Under the pieces are notes generated by a model that saw only the letters and a list, made by a program, of their open reading frames with translations, searched no databases and was not told the origin of the DNA. Of a stretch of DNA of 64,000 nucleotides, positions 28,519 through 41,400 are shown in pieces. Source of the DNA: Pavona decussata (lineage: Eukaryota); NCBI GenBank assembly GCA_977016875.1, contig CDRNST010000318.1, forward strand, positions 1,860,001 through 1,924,000. Direction: 5' to 3'. The position numbers and the translations under genes are program-made. Position 1 is the stretch's first letter, and every line of letters begins with the position of its first letter.

Positions 28519-29496
28519 TTACTGTGGAGTAGGTGATAACTCTGCGAAATGATCAGTGTTTTTATCGTTCACGCACCTACTTCCACATACTGTTCGACGG
28601 AAAAAGAGCGTCTTTATCGTTCTTCGGTACACTGGTAGACGCCATGCATAAACAAAAGTGTCCAGACAAACTTTGAGAAACAACAGCAAGTCAGAGATTT
28701 GGAGAGCGATCTGAAAATTTTGGGCAGCTTGCGGAGTTAAGTTGGACGAGTAAAGAAATATTTGCGCAGTGATGACGTGAGGTAAGGCCGACAGGAGAAG
28801 AATACCCGCCAGGTACATCGCTACTGCTGTGAACTGCTGTTGGAGATTCTCGCGGCGTGTTCTGCGTTTGGGCCTGGCGCTTGAGGAAGTGCTTTCATAT
28901 GGCGCTTCGAACGTGCGCCCTCGCTTAACATGGCGGCGGAACTCTACGTTCAATAACAACAATATCACCATTAAATTCACAGAAAGAAACGTCGTATTCA
29001 TTGCCAAACTCAATTTAAGAAAAATGTATTTATCTATTCCCGTAAACTGCAGAGATGTGAAGCATAAGAGATACAGCAAGCTCAGAAGAACGAAGATCAC
29101 TGTGTTCCGCTTGGTGACGATTCGTCTGAAATTGTGCGGACACTTCATGGCGAGGTATTGAGACCACGACAGAGCTAACACTAACAGGAAGGAATAGCTG
29201 ATAGCCACAGTGGAAATTATACTTCCTGCCGTGAAAAGATGATTCAAAGTACTGTTAACCGCCTCGAATCCCTGAAAATATACCACAAAGTAGTAGGTAG
29301 CGAAAAAGGATTCCGTTGTGAGCGCAGTCAATAGATCTGCCAGACTTATAACCACGATAAAACTTGTCGCCGGGGCACTGAAGCATTTGAATGGGTCTTT
29401 CCAAATAGCAACAAGAAGAAGCAAATTGCTTGTAACTGTAGTAACAGATAAAACAGACAGGCAAATGGCACTTGTAAGATGAATACTCGCCGCCAT
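28519..29496 (-). CDS. Intronless class A orphan GPCR, 325 aa, tandem paralog of 24394-25488
   Basis: Seven hydrophobic segments. Motifs SNLLLLVAIWKDPFKCFSAP, SLADLL and TM7 DTFVYAWRLPVYRRT are shared with the neighbouring GPCR. Confidence 0.88.
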   Translation of the reverse strand: MAASIHLTSAICLSVLSVTTVTSNLLLLVAIWKDPFKCFSAPATSFIVVISLADLLTALTTESFFATYYFVVYFQGFEAVNSTLNHLFTAGSIISTVAISYSFLLVLALSWSQYLAMKCPHNFRRIVTKRNTVIFVLLSLLYLLCFTSLQFTGIDKYIFLKLSLAMNTTFLSVNLMVILLLLNVEFRRHVKRGRTFEAPYESTSSSARPKRRTRRENLQQQFTAVAMYLAGILLLSALPHVITAQIFLYSSNLTPQAAQNFQIALQISDLLLFLKVCLDTFVYAWRLPVYRRTIKTLFFRRTVCGSRCVNDKNTDHFAELSPTPQ

Positions 29497-32400
29497 GTTG
29501 ATGAGTGAAGATGTCTTCCTGCTGTCTAAACACGTCTCTAGTGTTTGGCGCAGAGCGGAACACAGAGTTTTCTTTCCTTTCTTACAAAGCCGTCAATTTG
29601 GCACCAGCAAGGTGATCGATCTCTTTTCAAAAACTGTCTTTGCAATAACTTAATTAAATGCTTGCAAAACGTCCTTGAATCGGATCCGGGCGAAAATCAT
29701 TTCTTCTTAAATGAAGATAAATCTAAGCACTGTGTGTTTCTATCCTTTGACAACAACAGGTGAAACTTACTAAGAAACAAAATAAAAACGACAGTTTTTG
29801 GCTATCCTTATCGATGAAATTGCCACAGATATCCCTCCGCCGATTATCTATGCGTTCTTTTAGCGTACCCAATTGAATTTGTCAAGGTTTTGTGTTCAAG
29901 CTACGCCTTTTTTTGTCGTTACTTTGTAACGATGAAATTGAAACCGAGGGTGTAACGAAACGAAAACTTTACACAAGGCCAAGCGAGTTTAAACATTCAT
30001 TTGACGGCAGCTGTCTTGCCAAAAGTGTTTGAGCCGTTGACTGAAGATTTGTTGACTTATTCCTCTGTCACTATAGTGACACATGATACGGCAACAAAGT
30101 AAATTCATTTAAAAAATGATAAAGCCGGGTTTTCTTTTTCTCCTTTAATCAACCCTGGACAATGCTTTCGGTACAATAATAACTTCTGTTCCACGAAATT
30201 TGCTTACCGGACTCCTACATAGAAAGACATTCCAATTTTTTGGTTCAGTTTTGGAAGTTTTTGATTAAATAAAAGTTAATTCTGATTCAGTGCTTTTAAA
30301 TATATATTCCTCGAAATAAGGTTTTAGAAAACGATTCATCACAAACTATTCCTAAATGAAAACGCGAGGGAGTAATTACGCTCGTTTCAAAGAGACCGCT
30401 TTGAACGCGGTAGTGAAGCAGCCCTCGTAAGGTCTCACGTGATTGGCTTATAACCCTTCCAAAAAACGATACAACAAACAAGAGAACAATATCCATATCC
30501 CCGACCCTAAAAACAATAGCAGTTCCTATTACTCCTCAAATTACAAGCTTCAAGAGAGTTGCTAATCGCCCTTTAAACGACACTCCTTTCTAATCGCCTG
30601 TTCCTTTCTTCTTTTCATGAGGCATTTTAAAAATGTTCTCGATTAAACCATCTTCATTGTCATGATTAATTATATTTTCTCGGGAAACTTGCAAAGTTAA
30701 ATAGCGGTCAGGTTTGATAGGATTATTGGTTGAATGCACGGCAGGTCTTATACGGATCTTATTTGCACGCACAAACTCCAACAATTTCCACGATAAAACA
30801 CAAAATCAACATTCACGTTTTAACCAATGCGAAATGTTTTAACCAAAGCAAGACCTTAAAAGGCGCATTTTCGGAATAAAAAATCTCGCACCAACTTACG
30901 ACCTTCTGCGTACAGTTGTTCGAGGCGTTAGCATCAGGCATATATGGATAACGGGTTGATTTTCTTATCCTTTCGTTTTGTTTGCTTTCGCGCAAGCAAT
31001 TCTACTGTGAACGTACAACGCACCGATAACGTGTAAACAGGAAGATCATTCATCAAGTTCATCTCAAGTAAAAGCCTTTTTCCTTTATAGATCATGATAC
31101 CGCAATTGTTTATATTACCAGGTTGTGTATGTCTTAATAACATTGAACCTGTGAAAATGGTTCCGTTTTGGCAATTTAAATTTGATCAAAACGGAACGAT
31201 CAGGATTTATCGCAGATACCTACTTCATGTCAGCAGCTTAAGGCCTCCCTATTACTATTGTTCTCCTCAATCAAGTGAAATGTAAGATTTGAGACGGCTA
31301 TTTGCCGCTTTCAATCGTCCCAGAGAAACGGTCTGTTTGAAAATGGATGTTTAATTGCTGAAAAGCGTTCAAAGCGATGATTATACATATCGGAGAATGA
31401 ATGTGTTTACAATCATTAGTACTGAATCAACACTTATCAGTTATGGACCTTAAAATACGACGATTACTGTTCACCTTTTTGCCGCTGAGAAAATACACAA
31501 AATAGAAAAACAGAACAAATAACAGAGATCGACCATTGTCGGAGAAAACGCGAAATGATGGGAATGGAACGACATCAACAGAAAAAGCTTTTGACACTGA
31601 TTTATTGTCGCTTATTCCACCGGAACAATTGTGCTATTTATGGCAGAAGAAGAAAAAAAACGACCGTCTCTCTTCATCATGGAACATTAAAATGATTCTT
31701 CGCTACCTGTTAGTAAATGTCATTTTGAGATTATGCCCAGTTAAGTTTCACTCATCGATTGAAAACCGGCTACCAAATTTCCGTAATCAGCTTTTCATGA
31801 TCAAAGAAATTAAATGTCTTATCATCGTGTCTGGTTTTTCAAAGTAATGATTTATCAGTGTCTCAAACTGTCTGCTTTCAATAGCTGAAATGTTAGTTTG
31901 TCTTGCCTTGTGATAATAATCTAACCAAGCAGGAAAACGGGACGACATTTTCTTCACCAATCCGGATTTCTGTTAACAAACTTTACCCACGCTCTTTGTT
32001 TAGAAATCTTAATTCGCCTCAAGGACTGATTGGATTATCACTTTTTTGCGGCAGTGTTTAAGCTTTGGTGTTAAATTTGTGATATTCGCTGAAGCCAAAC
32101 CCCTTCTAACCCCTGCAGCCTGTAAAAGACTTACCTATGCCCAGAAACAGTCGGTGTATACTCGTCGGTTTTCCTTTCACCCATATTTCGCGGAGATGTG
32201 AAACAAGAGCTGAACAAAACCAGCTGGTTTCGCTGGTTTTGTTTCGAATGCTCGTTTCGATCGACGTCACGCGCTCTTTCAGAATCATTTGAATACGAAA
32301 GGAAACAACAATAGCTTGCAAAACAGTCGCTTTGCTCCTCTTTACATCGGCAAACTCCCCATGTTCGCACTCATTGACAACCCTTTGTTCAAGCCGAGAC

Positions 32401-32906
32401 TACGCGCGTTCACACGCAGAGAGCCAACTCGCGCGAAAATACGGACCATGCTGCACTCTGCAAAAGCATCATCTTCAAGAACAAAACAAACCATGATCGG
32501 TGAATACGTCACACGAAAGCAGTTTTATTATATAAAAATCCCTTCTCTCACCTTACTTTGCAAATTAAATTCGCACGGTAATAACATCAGTATAAAATTA
32601 CGTTTTCAGTCCATGCCCTGTCCCTTATTTGATTTTTCTGACTAACAAATGCATGCTTTAAATACCCTGACTTTGGGGAAGAGTGTGGGGAGTTACAGAA
32701 AAGAAATGGTCTCACACCTCCCTTCCCCTCTGAATTGAAATCATTTTTTTGCAAATACATCGCTCCTACAAGTCATTGTACCCTAGGGGGAGGGGAGTGT
32801 GGCACTCTGAAAACCAGTTACGTTTTCAACATGAGCCCATGGCTCCCCTGGCTCGGGAGACTGGGCAACCACTCCCCATGTTTCCACGTAAAAAAAAAAA
32901 AAACCT

Positions 32907-32933
32907 TAAACAATTGTTCCACGAGTGCACGTC

Positions 32934-32965
<32 letters not shown>

Positions 32966-33202
32966 TTAGCGCCGAGTTGGCTATAATCATCTCATATCCA
33001 ACAAGCACGAGTGGAATAATTGTTTTATTAAAAACAATCAAAAAATATCGCCAGACCTTGCTGATGTCGCTTTGCAAGAGCAACCAGAAGCCAATTTAAT
33101 GGTCTCCATTTCTCCGGCATGGTATAATGGCTCATATACCATGGCCGCTAGGCCAATCAAATCCCTGGATTTGCATTATACAATGATCCAGTTTTTAATA
33201 AT
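32907..33202. repeat. Dispersed repeat with a terminal hairpin of about 120 bp; fragment also at about 17737-17775
   Basis: aaacaattgttccacgagtgc..ggatatgagatgat..tagccaac pairs with gttggcta..atcatctcatatcc..gagtggaataattgttt. Confidence 0.7.
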
Positions 33203-34210
33203 TATACTAATACCGGCCTCTCGGATTATGGCGCGAAAACCAAGGAGAATAGAATTTCGCTGGAATTTCTTTTCTCAGTCTTCGCACTAAAATCTGAGAG
33301 GAGGACAAAACCCGCGCAGAAAGATTGGTACAGAGATTTGCTGATAATTTTGCAATCTTTAAAAGATGCCTCAAAGAAACAATGAAAGCAAAATGACAAA
33401 GCCCAACTCAGGTAAAACGTAAATAAACTCTTACATGCAATATACAACTCTTCGCTAAATAGAGTATTAAAATAAAACTTTTAAACTATAAATGGTCTTG
33501 AGCTAGGCGTATTAGTAGTTTGTTCCGTATGATCGTCTGGGTGAGAGTAATTTATAAGCGCTTGATAGTGACGTAAACTAAACACACAATAAACAGGTTG
33601 AAACCAGTCGCTTTACCGACTTTTTCCCGACTCTTCACAGCCAATAACATCTTAACTGACGAATAACGTTAATTATTAGAGAACGTTATTTTAAAGAGCA
33701 TGAACCTACGCCAAAACTTGACTCTACACCGAAGGAGTTACACAAGGCAAATTATTCACACGTCACAAATAGTGCTTTATGAAAGCACGTACACGATAAA
33801 ATGACAGTATAATTCATCTTTGTACTCAGAGCGCTCTGCATTATAGGAATATGAAGAGTAAACCAATTTCAATTTTCACAGTTACAAATAGCTCGCCTAT
33901 AAGTTTATAGTTTCTCAAAACATCCAATCACGTAAAATACTGAAATAATTACCGCAGTAAGATCAGAAAGAGGACATCCTCAGGCGAGAGCCAGTGTGAA
34001 CGCACACGAAGTAAATGTAGAACGCGATTTGGGGACACACTGGGAATAACTACGTCACCAAAAACTCGCGCCCTTAGTTATATCCAGCTTTGCAGTTTAC
34101 AAGTTGTCACGAGAAAAATAAATCAAAACCATACAGCGCAATCTTTTTGGTCATATACATGAATATAACTAACTGATATCTTACAAACCAAGAACTTGCT
34201 GTGTAAAAGG

Positions 34211-34310
34211 TAGCTTCCCTCGCAGACGCTCTTTTCGCTTGTCACGCAATCTTTCCCGCTGGGGAGGAAAGATCGCGAGACGAGCCAAAAGAGCGTCTGC
34301 GAGGGAGCTA
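34211..34310. mobile_element. 100-bp hairpin MITE with TAG...CTA termini
   Basis: tagcttccctcgcagacgctctttt / aaaagagcgtctgcgagggagcta, with flanks tgtaaaagg / tacaaaagg (degenerate 9-bp TSD). Confidence 0.7.
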
Positions 34311-35414
34311 TACAAAAGGATGTTGGACCGCACCAGAATTAAACGGGCAGTGTCACGGAGATTGAACCTGCTCAAACATTTGACAAAGAACTTTTTCCTC
34401 TAACATGAAACTGCTCTTGGAACACCAGGAAGAAAATATTAACTGACTTTTCGGAGGAAAAATAAACTATAATTGGTGTTAGCGATTTCTTCAAAATGCA
34501 CAGAAAGAACCAATTTTTTCAAGTTACAATCCATTTCCATCCTAGCCATCTGCAGCCACAGATAATTAATATTAGTTTCTGTGCACTAGTAAGGTTATTG
34601 TTAACAAAACTGACCAATTATTGCAACGTTTGCATCGAAACAAGTATGTTTTTTTGGCTATTCAAAGTGGCGCTAAAAATAGGTGACACTGCCCCTTTAA
34701 GCCCTGCCTTTTCCCCCGGTATAATCCTCTTACACAGCATTCTGATCTTTGGTCCTTTCTTTCTCCTTAGTTTTCAAAGATGCAATATTCGCTTATGAAC
34801 ATCTACTAACTATATATTTTATATGTCCTAAGGCATGTATATTTTGTTTTGTCCTTCAGCATACGCATCCGTTTAATATTTAAAAATGAAAGCGAAGGGC
34901 GTCGCATTAACATCAAGAATTTCTCTTCCCCGCAGGGCGAGCACAACCTTTCTTTCACTTCGCTTAATTTTAAGGTAACCTTTATCATAGGAAAATTTAT
35001 AACTTTGTACCACTACCATAATTTTCGTCTTATTTCGTTTTATTATTTGCTCTAGTGTCTTTTTTTCATTCTTTCTCTTTTTCCTCCCTGTTCTTCGTCC
35101 TTTTTGTTAGTTTGAAGGCTGAACACGGAGACAATGTTTAACACGTAAACAGTACAAGGAATGCGCCTACCAGATTCATATAACTCGTCACCAATTTTGC
35201 ACATCCGCATGACTGATGACGGGCCGTCTCTCATAAGCTCGACTCCAAGAAGAATACTTTAGAATACGGTGATGTATTTGGCGTCTAATGCCACCTACTC
35301 TCGAACACCGTCAGTAACTGTGTTTTCTTGTATAGCTGAAGTCACTGATCCCAGTAGTTTACTATGGGCCCATATCACGTCTATGCCTTATGTCCCCATC
35401 ATACGGGACGCAAC

Positions 35415-38400
35415 TCAACTGAACCCACCTGAGGCCCCTGAATTTCGTGGCCCTCCAGTGGCCCCTGGAGGAGCCATCATGGCGGCTAGATCTGTAGGGT
35501 CCTTGGTGGTGCTGGCTCTCAGCGCCTGCTCAGGAACTTTGGATGGATCTGACAGGATGGATGTAGCTTTACTCAGGTCGCGTAGAGATGATAACGCCGC
35601 TGGAGAAACAAACACATTCATAGTTCCGTACATGAAGTACTTTTGGGACTAGATGTTATTCTAACAGTCAAACAACACAGTTCTTTTAACATCTGAGTAT
35701 TCAAGTGCAGGCAAACAAATTGCCACGACCTGTGAGTTTGTGAACAAAATTAGAAGCTGTGACCATCCAAACTACAAAATAACAAAACGAACTTTAAAGT
35801 GGGTCTAACTTTTTAGTCTGAGCATGAAATTCCAATTTGCGACCAACCATAAAAGCTATTGATGTTTATCATCATATACAACTTTTGATTCTGCGGATGA
35901 AATCCTTCAGTGTAACCAATCAGATAAGAAGTTTGAAAACGAAAAATAGATTTGTTTTTCTTTGCTCTGAACTTGATACTAACCAGGTCTAAGTGCAGGT
36001 AGAGAGCAATGCTGCTCAAGCCAGGCTAGCACTGTTCTACAGAACTCCTCCACACTGGCTGTCGACACCATGTTATTATACTCCTCAAACAGCTGCCGCA
36101 TCAGAACGCTGAACTGAAGGCCGAGTCAAGGAACTCAACAAGGCTTACATCTTCATGTATAATCACTTGCTGTGTAACATTATCAATCAAATCTCCCTAT
36201 ATGAAGTCCCATAAAAAGTCTACTTTCCCGGGGTCAACCCTCCCCACCCCCACCCCCAGCTAATAGTCGATCGTAGGTGCATTGTGTCAAAGCAAACAAA
36301 CAATGGAAACTTCCCTCCACAAGTGAATCGAAAGGATACGATCCAAAACTTGAAGTTGTCCTGAGTGCGAGTCTTGACATACTGATTAAACATCGACCAC
36401 ATCTGGTCTGCACGCTGATCAACAAAAATGAAAACACGTTACTGACAAACTAATACAGCAAAAGGGTAGGGAATGGTGAATCAGAAAAAAACTTTTTTGA
36501 GTCGATCATTCTAGCATTTTTACTGAATTTAAACGAAATATTAAAAACACAGAATAAGGTCTTGTTGCGCGGTTTATGACTACGTGGGAAAAATAGATGT
36601 TAGCTAGGACTATTGGAATCGCAAAAAACGAATCAGGGGTAACCACGAATTTTTGTAATGTATGTAAAAATTTCGAAATTTACTACCCCGTCTCTTGGAT
36701 ATATTTCTCCAATTTACACATTTTAATAACTTTTTAAAGTATTCTTTCCAGCAGCATTATGAAGGTTTCTGTCCAAGGGAAATTTATCATACAGAAGGTA
36801 AAAAAAAAAGGAACCTGTGGCATGGTCTAGTTTTCAAATTACCTGTCTGGCGACTGGTACTCCTGTGGCAGGCAGCTGCTGCTGACAAACACTATAAGGA
36901 TAATCACATCGCTGAGTAAGTTTTCACAACTTGTATTGATTTGCGGAGATTTGTGCTTCAGAAATTTATCGTGAACACTATTTAGATACAGTAAATGAGT
37001 TTGCCGTCTCCTACAGGGTTTGTACTCTTTTGGCCTTTCAAAATCCACGACTTTCCATGACCTTTTCAAGTTTTTCACGATAAAGCGTTCATATTTTACA
37101 GTGTCAAAATGCGCAGTGTTTATTTTTACTGAGTGAAAAATGTGTTCTTGGTTCCTTTTGTTTTGTTTTTTTATTTTTTATTATTCATCCTCCCCCTTTT
37201 GTTCTTCCCTCAAAGAATGCTTTCTTAATGATTTTTCTCCATAAACATAACTTTCAATGACTTTCCATGACCCAGAATTAAAATCTACGACCTTCCAGGC
37301 CTGGCAAACTAAATTATAAAATTCCATGACCCGTACGAACCCTGTGCTACTTCGCCTCTAATTCACTTCTGGTGGCACTGAACTACTACTTCTCCAACAA
37401 AGTATTTGTTTTACTTCATAGAGCACCAGTCTGCTGCAATTGGAAAACTAGTTGTACACTAAAAAACAAACATGTGTCAGTGTATGATTCCTTAACATAC
37501 CTGATTGATGTATTAAGATCCTGAATCTGTTTTCTAAGCATTTCAGCTTCGTCCTGCATGCTTTGCCTCTCGCGCTGAAGCTTGGTGGTATATTCAACAG
37601 CTGAATCAAATACACACAACAGTACCATCATGTTACTCTCCTCAAGTGTCCATGAGCGCAAATAATTATTACCCACTCTCCCCGGGGCTTTTCAGGAAAA
37701 ATTAACAACACATGAAGTAATGAGTTATGAATGCCCACCTTATGTGAATATGAATTTGAGATAGACACCAGGGGGTGGTCACTACCAGAGATTTGTTACG
37801 TCCCACAGAGTCAGATTATGTGAAAGTGCTGTAAGACGGTGCCTACCGTTTATCATCCTTATCCGAGAAGACTAGAAAGTCTAACCATTTGAAGATGTCA
37901 GAGCAAAGGCAGCACTTTCTTCTCAGTCATTTAAAGACCTTGAGTGTTACATTGGTCCGGCCGAAAATGGAACCTAGACCTATTGCTCCACATTCTGGCA
38001 CTCAATCAACTGAGCTAACCAGACGGCAGTCAATGAGAAATATGGTTTTGATCAGTACTTACTTTTCTGCAAAACTGTGGCTTTGCTGACTTTGGCATTC
38101 CTTTGATTAGCAAGTGAAGGGACAAGAGACATCAACTGATCAAAGCCCATCTACAAGGCAAGCAAAACAACACATACTGAGCAAAAAGCTTCATCCATTC
38201 TTGTACTCTGTAGTTTTGCAAGGTGTTGCTCACCAAAAAAGCGATGTACGCCCATTTTGCGAGAAGCCCTTCAATTATATTCAACTTATGAATCATTTTA
38301 GTAAAACTCTTCTGGCATACTTCTTCATGGCACTCGCTCAGCAAAAGATGCCATAAAATTGCCCCTCTATAGGATATAGTAGACTTCATGAGACCAACAG

Positions 38401-41400
38401 AACTAAAACTTGTACTTAAACTTTAGCTATCTAATGACAATGATGGACAGAAGTATTAAACTGTGAGAGAATGTAAAACCAATGGTAACTCACTTTGATA
38501 TTTCCACGCCTCTTTTGTTCTGCAGTGATGTGCGAGATTCTTCTGTGTTCCTAACAAACAAAATACAAACAATAGTAAGGAGGGCTGTTCTACAATCACT
38601 CCATACGTGTATGTATTACAGACATTTACCTACTAATGCCAGAAAAAAAAATTCTCAAGGCTTAATACATGTAACAAAGCAAAAATCACTTAAAACGGGA
38701 AAATCCCTTTTGTTTTAACAGATGAAATAAACAAATCACTTTATTTAGGTGTCAATGTATTAAGCACACAGCAGTAATTGGGGACACTCTCCAGATCGGA
38801 TTGGAATTTGGAAATGCTGGTTTTAAAGGAGAGGGGAAAACCAAGCACCCGGAGAAAAACCTCTTGGAGCAAAGACGAGAACCAACAGCAAACTCAACCC
38901 ACATATGACACAGAGCCTGGGAATCAAACCTGGGTCACATTGGTGGGAGGTAAGTGCTCTCAAGCCTCATCCCTGCTACCCAACTAACTGACAAGGTACT
39001 CAAAAGGTACATGACATTGTTGATTCTAGACATGACAAACCTTGTACTGTTCCCGCTGCTCAGCAGTTACTGGTCTTGATGGTTTAGCAGGAGTCTAGAA
39101 AAATAGACAAGAGTGTTAGTTTCTAAAGAACCAGTGGAGCTGTGTCGGTGGAGGAGAAGAAACAATTGTTTAAGGGTAGTTTGGCCACCATAAAGAGATT
39201 TGAGAGCTGACGTTGAATGTTAGCCCGGTACTTACACTTGAAATGTCAGCACTCGAATTTCTTTATGGCTGCCAAACAACCTTCATTTTCTTTTTTCAAA
39301 ATCTACTTTCTTGTTGCTTCCACTGAGATTAGGAAAATGTCAGGCTAATTCTTTGAATTAAAGTTTCAAGATAGTTAAAAAAAACCAAGAGTTAGTTTTT
39401 CCAATCTGATAATGAGCCTGTTTGCTCAAATACAAGAGCTAATTTGGACCAATTCGGATTTCACAGCCAAGTTTCCACTCAGTATAATTTTCTACGAAGC
39501 ACTTCAGTTATTTCCTATGTGTTTTAATTACAGGTTACTTGGAAATTGTATTATGAACCAAGCTGTAACTTAAGTTCAAACCAAGATTGGTTCATCAGGG
39601 TTTCCACTCAAAGTAATTAAACTCAACTTACAGGAACTGTTTGCGCTGGTCGAATTAATATTCCCTCAGTGTCCTCAGATTCAGTAACGGAGCCTGCTGT
39701 TGAGACTGTGGCAGCTTAAACAAGAACAACAACAATATTTGAGAAAACAATATATAACACATTTCACCTACTTGAAAAAGACTCTGCGAAGGAATCAGAA
39801 GCTTGTAATGCTTTAAATCTTTTAGATCCTGAAAGCGAATTTTGTTTTCCAACAACAACAATTTGAATTTGGTGGTGGTCACTGGATATCAGACCTTAAC
39901 CTATCTAGTCCCCATACTTTTCTTATAAAAGTACTGTGGAGAAGTTATTAACATATCAAGAAAATTCACCTCTGGTGATCATATCTTTAATTCTCATGAT
40001 GCTAATCACTGCTAGGGCTTAAAAGGTTAAGGTCAGAAGCTTCAAGGCTGTCATGTTGCTTCCTTGGACAAGAAACTTTGCTCTGTATTGCCCCCTTTTC
40101 CTAGGGGTATAAATGGCTACTAGTGACATACTCCCTGGGGGTAACATTATGATGGACTGGCATCCCATCCCGGGGAGAGTAGAATAACTTCTTCTCATAT
40201 GCGGTTAATCTGCTTAATGACTGAGCCAGGGAAAAGAGTGTTGAATTGATGAGAACTTAGACAAGGGTTCAGCATTCAACTTACACAGTGGAGACTTGCT
40301 AACTGTATTAATGGGGGATACTGATGGTAAAGATGGGGAGCTGACAGCCGCACTTGATGGTACAGTCACCGTGACCTGGAAGGAAATTATTAATTGAAAT
40401 TATCCAATCTAGTACTCTATTACTCTATTACGAGACACTAGTCAGAGTTTTTACAATAGATAAAACATGAATCAAAAGCAAACTCTTGCAATACCGACAT
40501 TCCTGGTAAAAGTCCTTCTTTGCACACTGTAGTTACAGTTTAGGAAGAAGTTTGTACACCTGTTTTATAATGACGTTAATTAAAAGTACAGTTATTTACA
40601 TTACAGTACACAACACATTGCGTGGCCAACACAGTCACCAAATAATGCTGAGGGTGTAGCTATCTTAGTTTTTCCTCCAAGCACTGTACACAAATCAAAG
40701 TGTATGTGACAGAATTTTTGTCTTATTTGCTTGATCAAATCTTCATGTTGTTTTTCTATGTAAAATAAAAAAAAGGTTCTTGCCTCTTTCGCAAGCTCAG
40801 CCGGCAAGAAAAACACCTCTCATACACTGAATGCCATTTGTCTGACACACAAGAATGCAACAGCATTTATTGACAAGAAGACAACTCCACAAAGATTACA
40901 GACTCACTGACAGACTGGCATGGGGCTGGGAGGGTGGGAAAGCTGTTGCTCCATATGGCAAGAAAACAAAAACTTCATCACATGACCGAATGTGACATCT
41001 GATATCCTGACTTGTACCTATCCCCCTCATTCAGTGTGTAAGAAATTCATTTCCTTATTGATCAACAAATTTTTCTTCCCAGCGTTTGAGGCATAACACT
41101 ATAAAAACGTAAAATTTTCTTCCACTGGGATACGATACCACCCAAGATAGGAGACTCAAGGACAGTACAGCTGTGGTGTCAATACAGTTTCTCTATTCCT
41201 CAGTTGTTTTGTTGTGAGCATTCAACATTCCCAGACATAATTTTGTTCACAAAATTTTCAACCTCTGCACACGGAAAACAACTGAGGAACAGAGAAACCT
41301 CAAAACTACCGATCCTTTATTGATGTCACAGCCCTACTATCCTTAGTCTCCTGTCTTGCGCGGTATTGTATCCCAACCAGAAGTGAAAATGTCATGTTTT

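Noticed and set aside
24394-29496. Opsins (TM7 lysine)
   Set aside because: The Lys is at 7.45, not the retinal-binding 7.43, and other opsin hallmarks are missing.
39200-39260. Another hammerhead in the Penelope-like fragment
   Set aside because: The CUGANGA core is deleted and only the flanking hairpin remains. Other CTGATGA matches (e.g. 6715, 13667, 18569, 35212) lack stem II plus GAAA.
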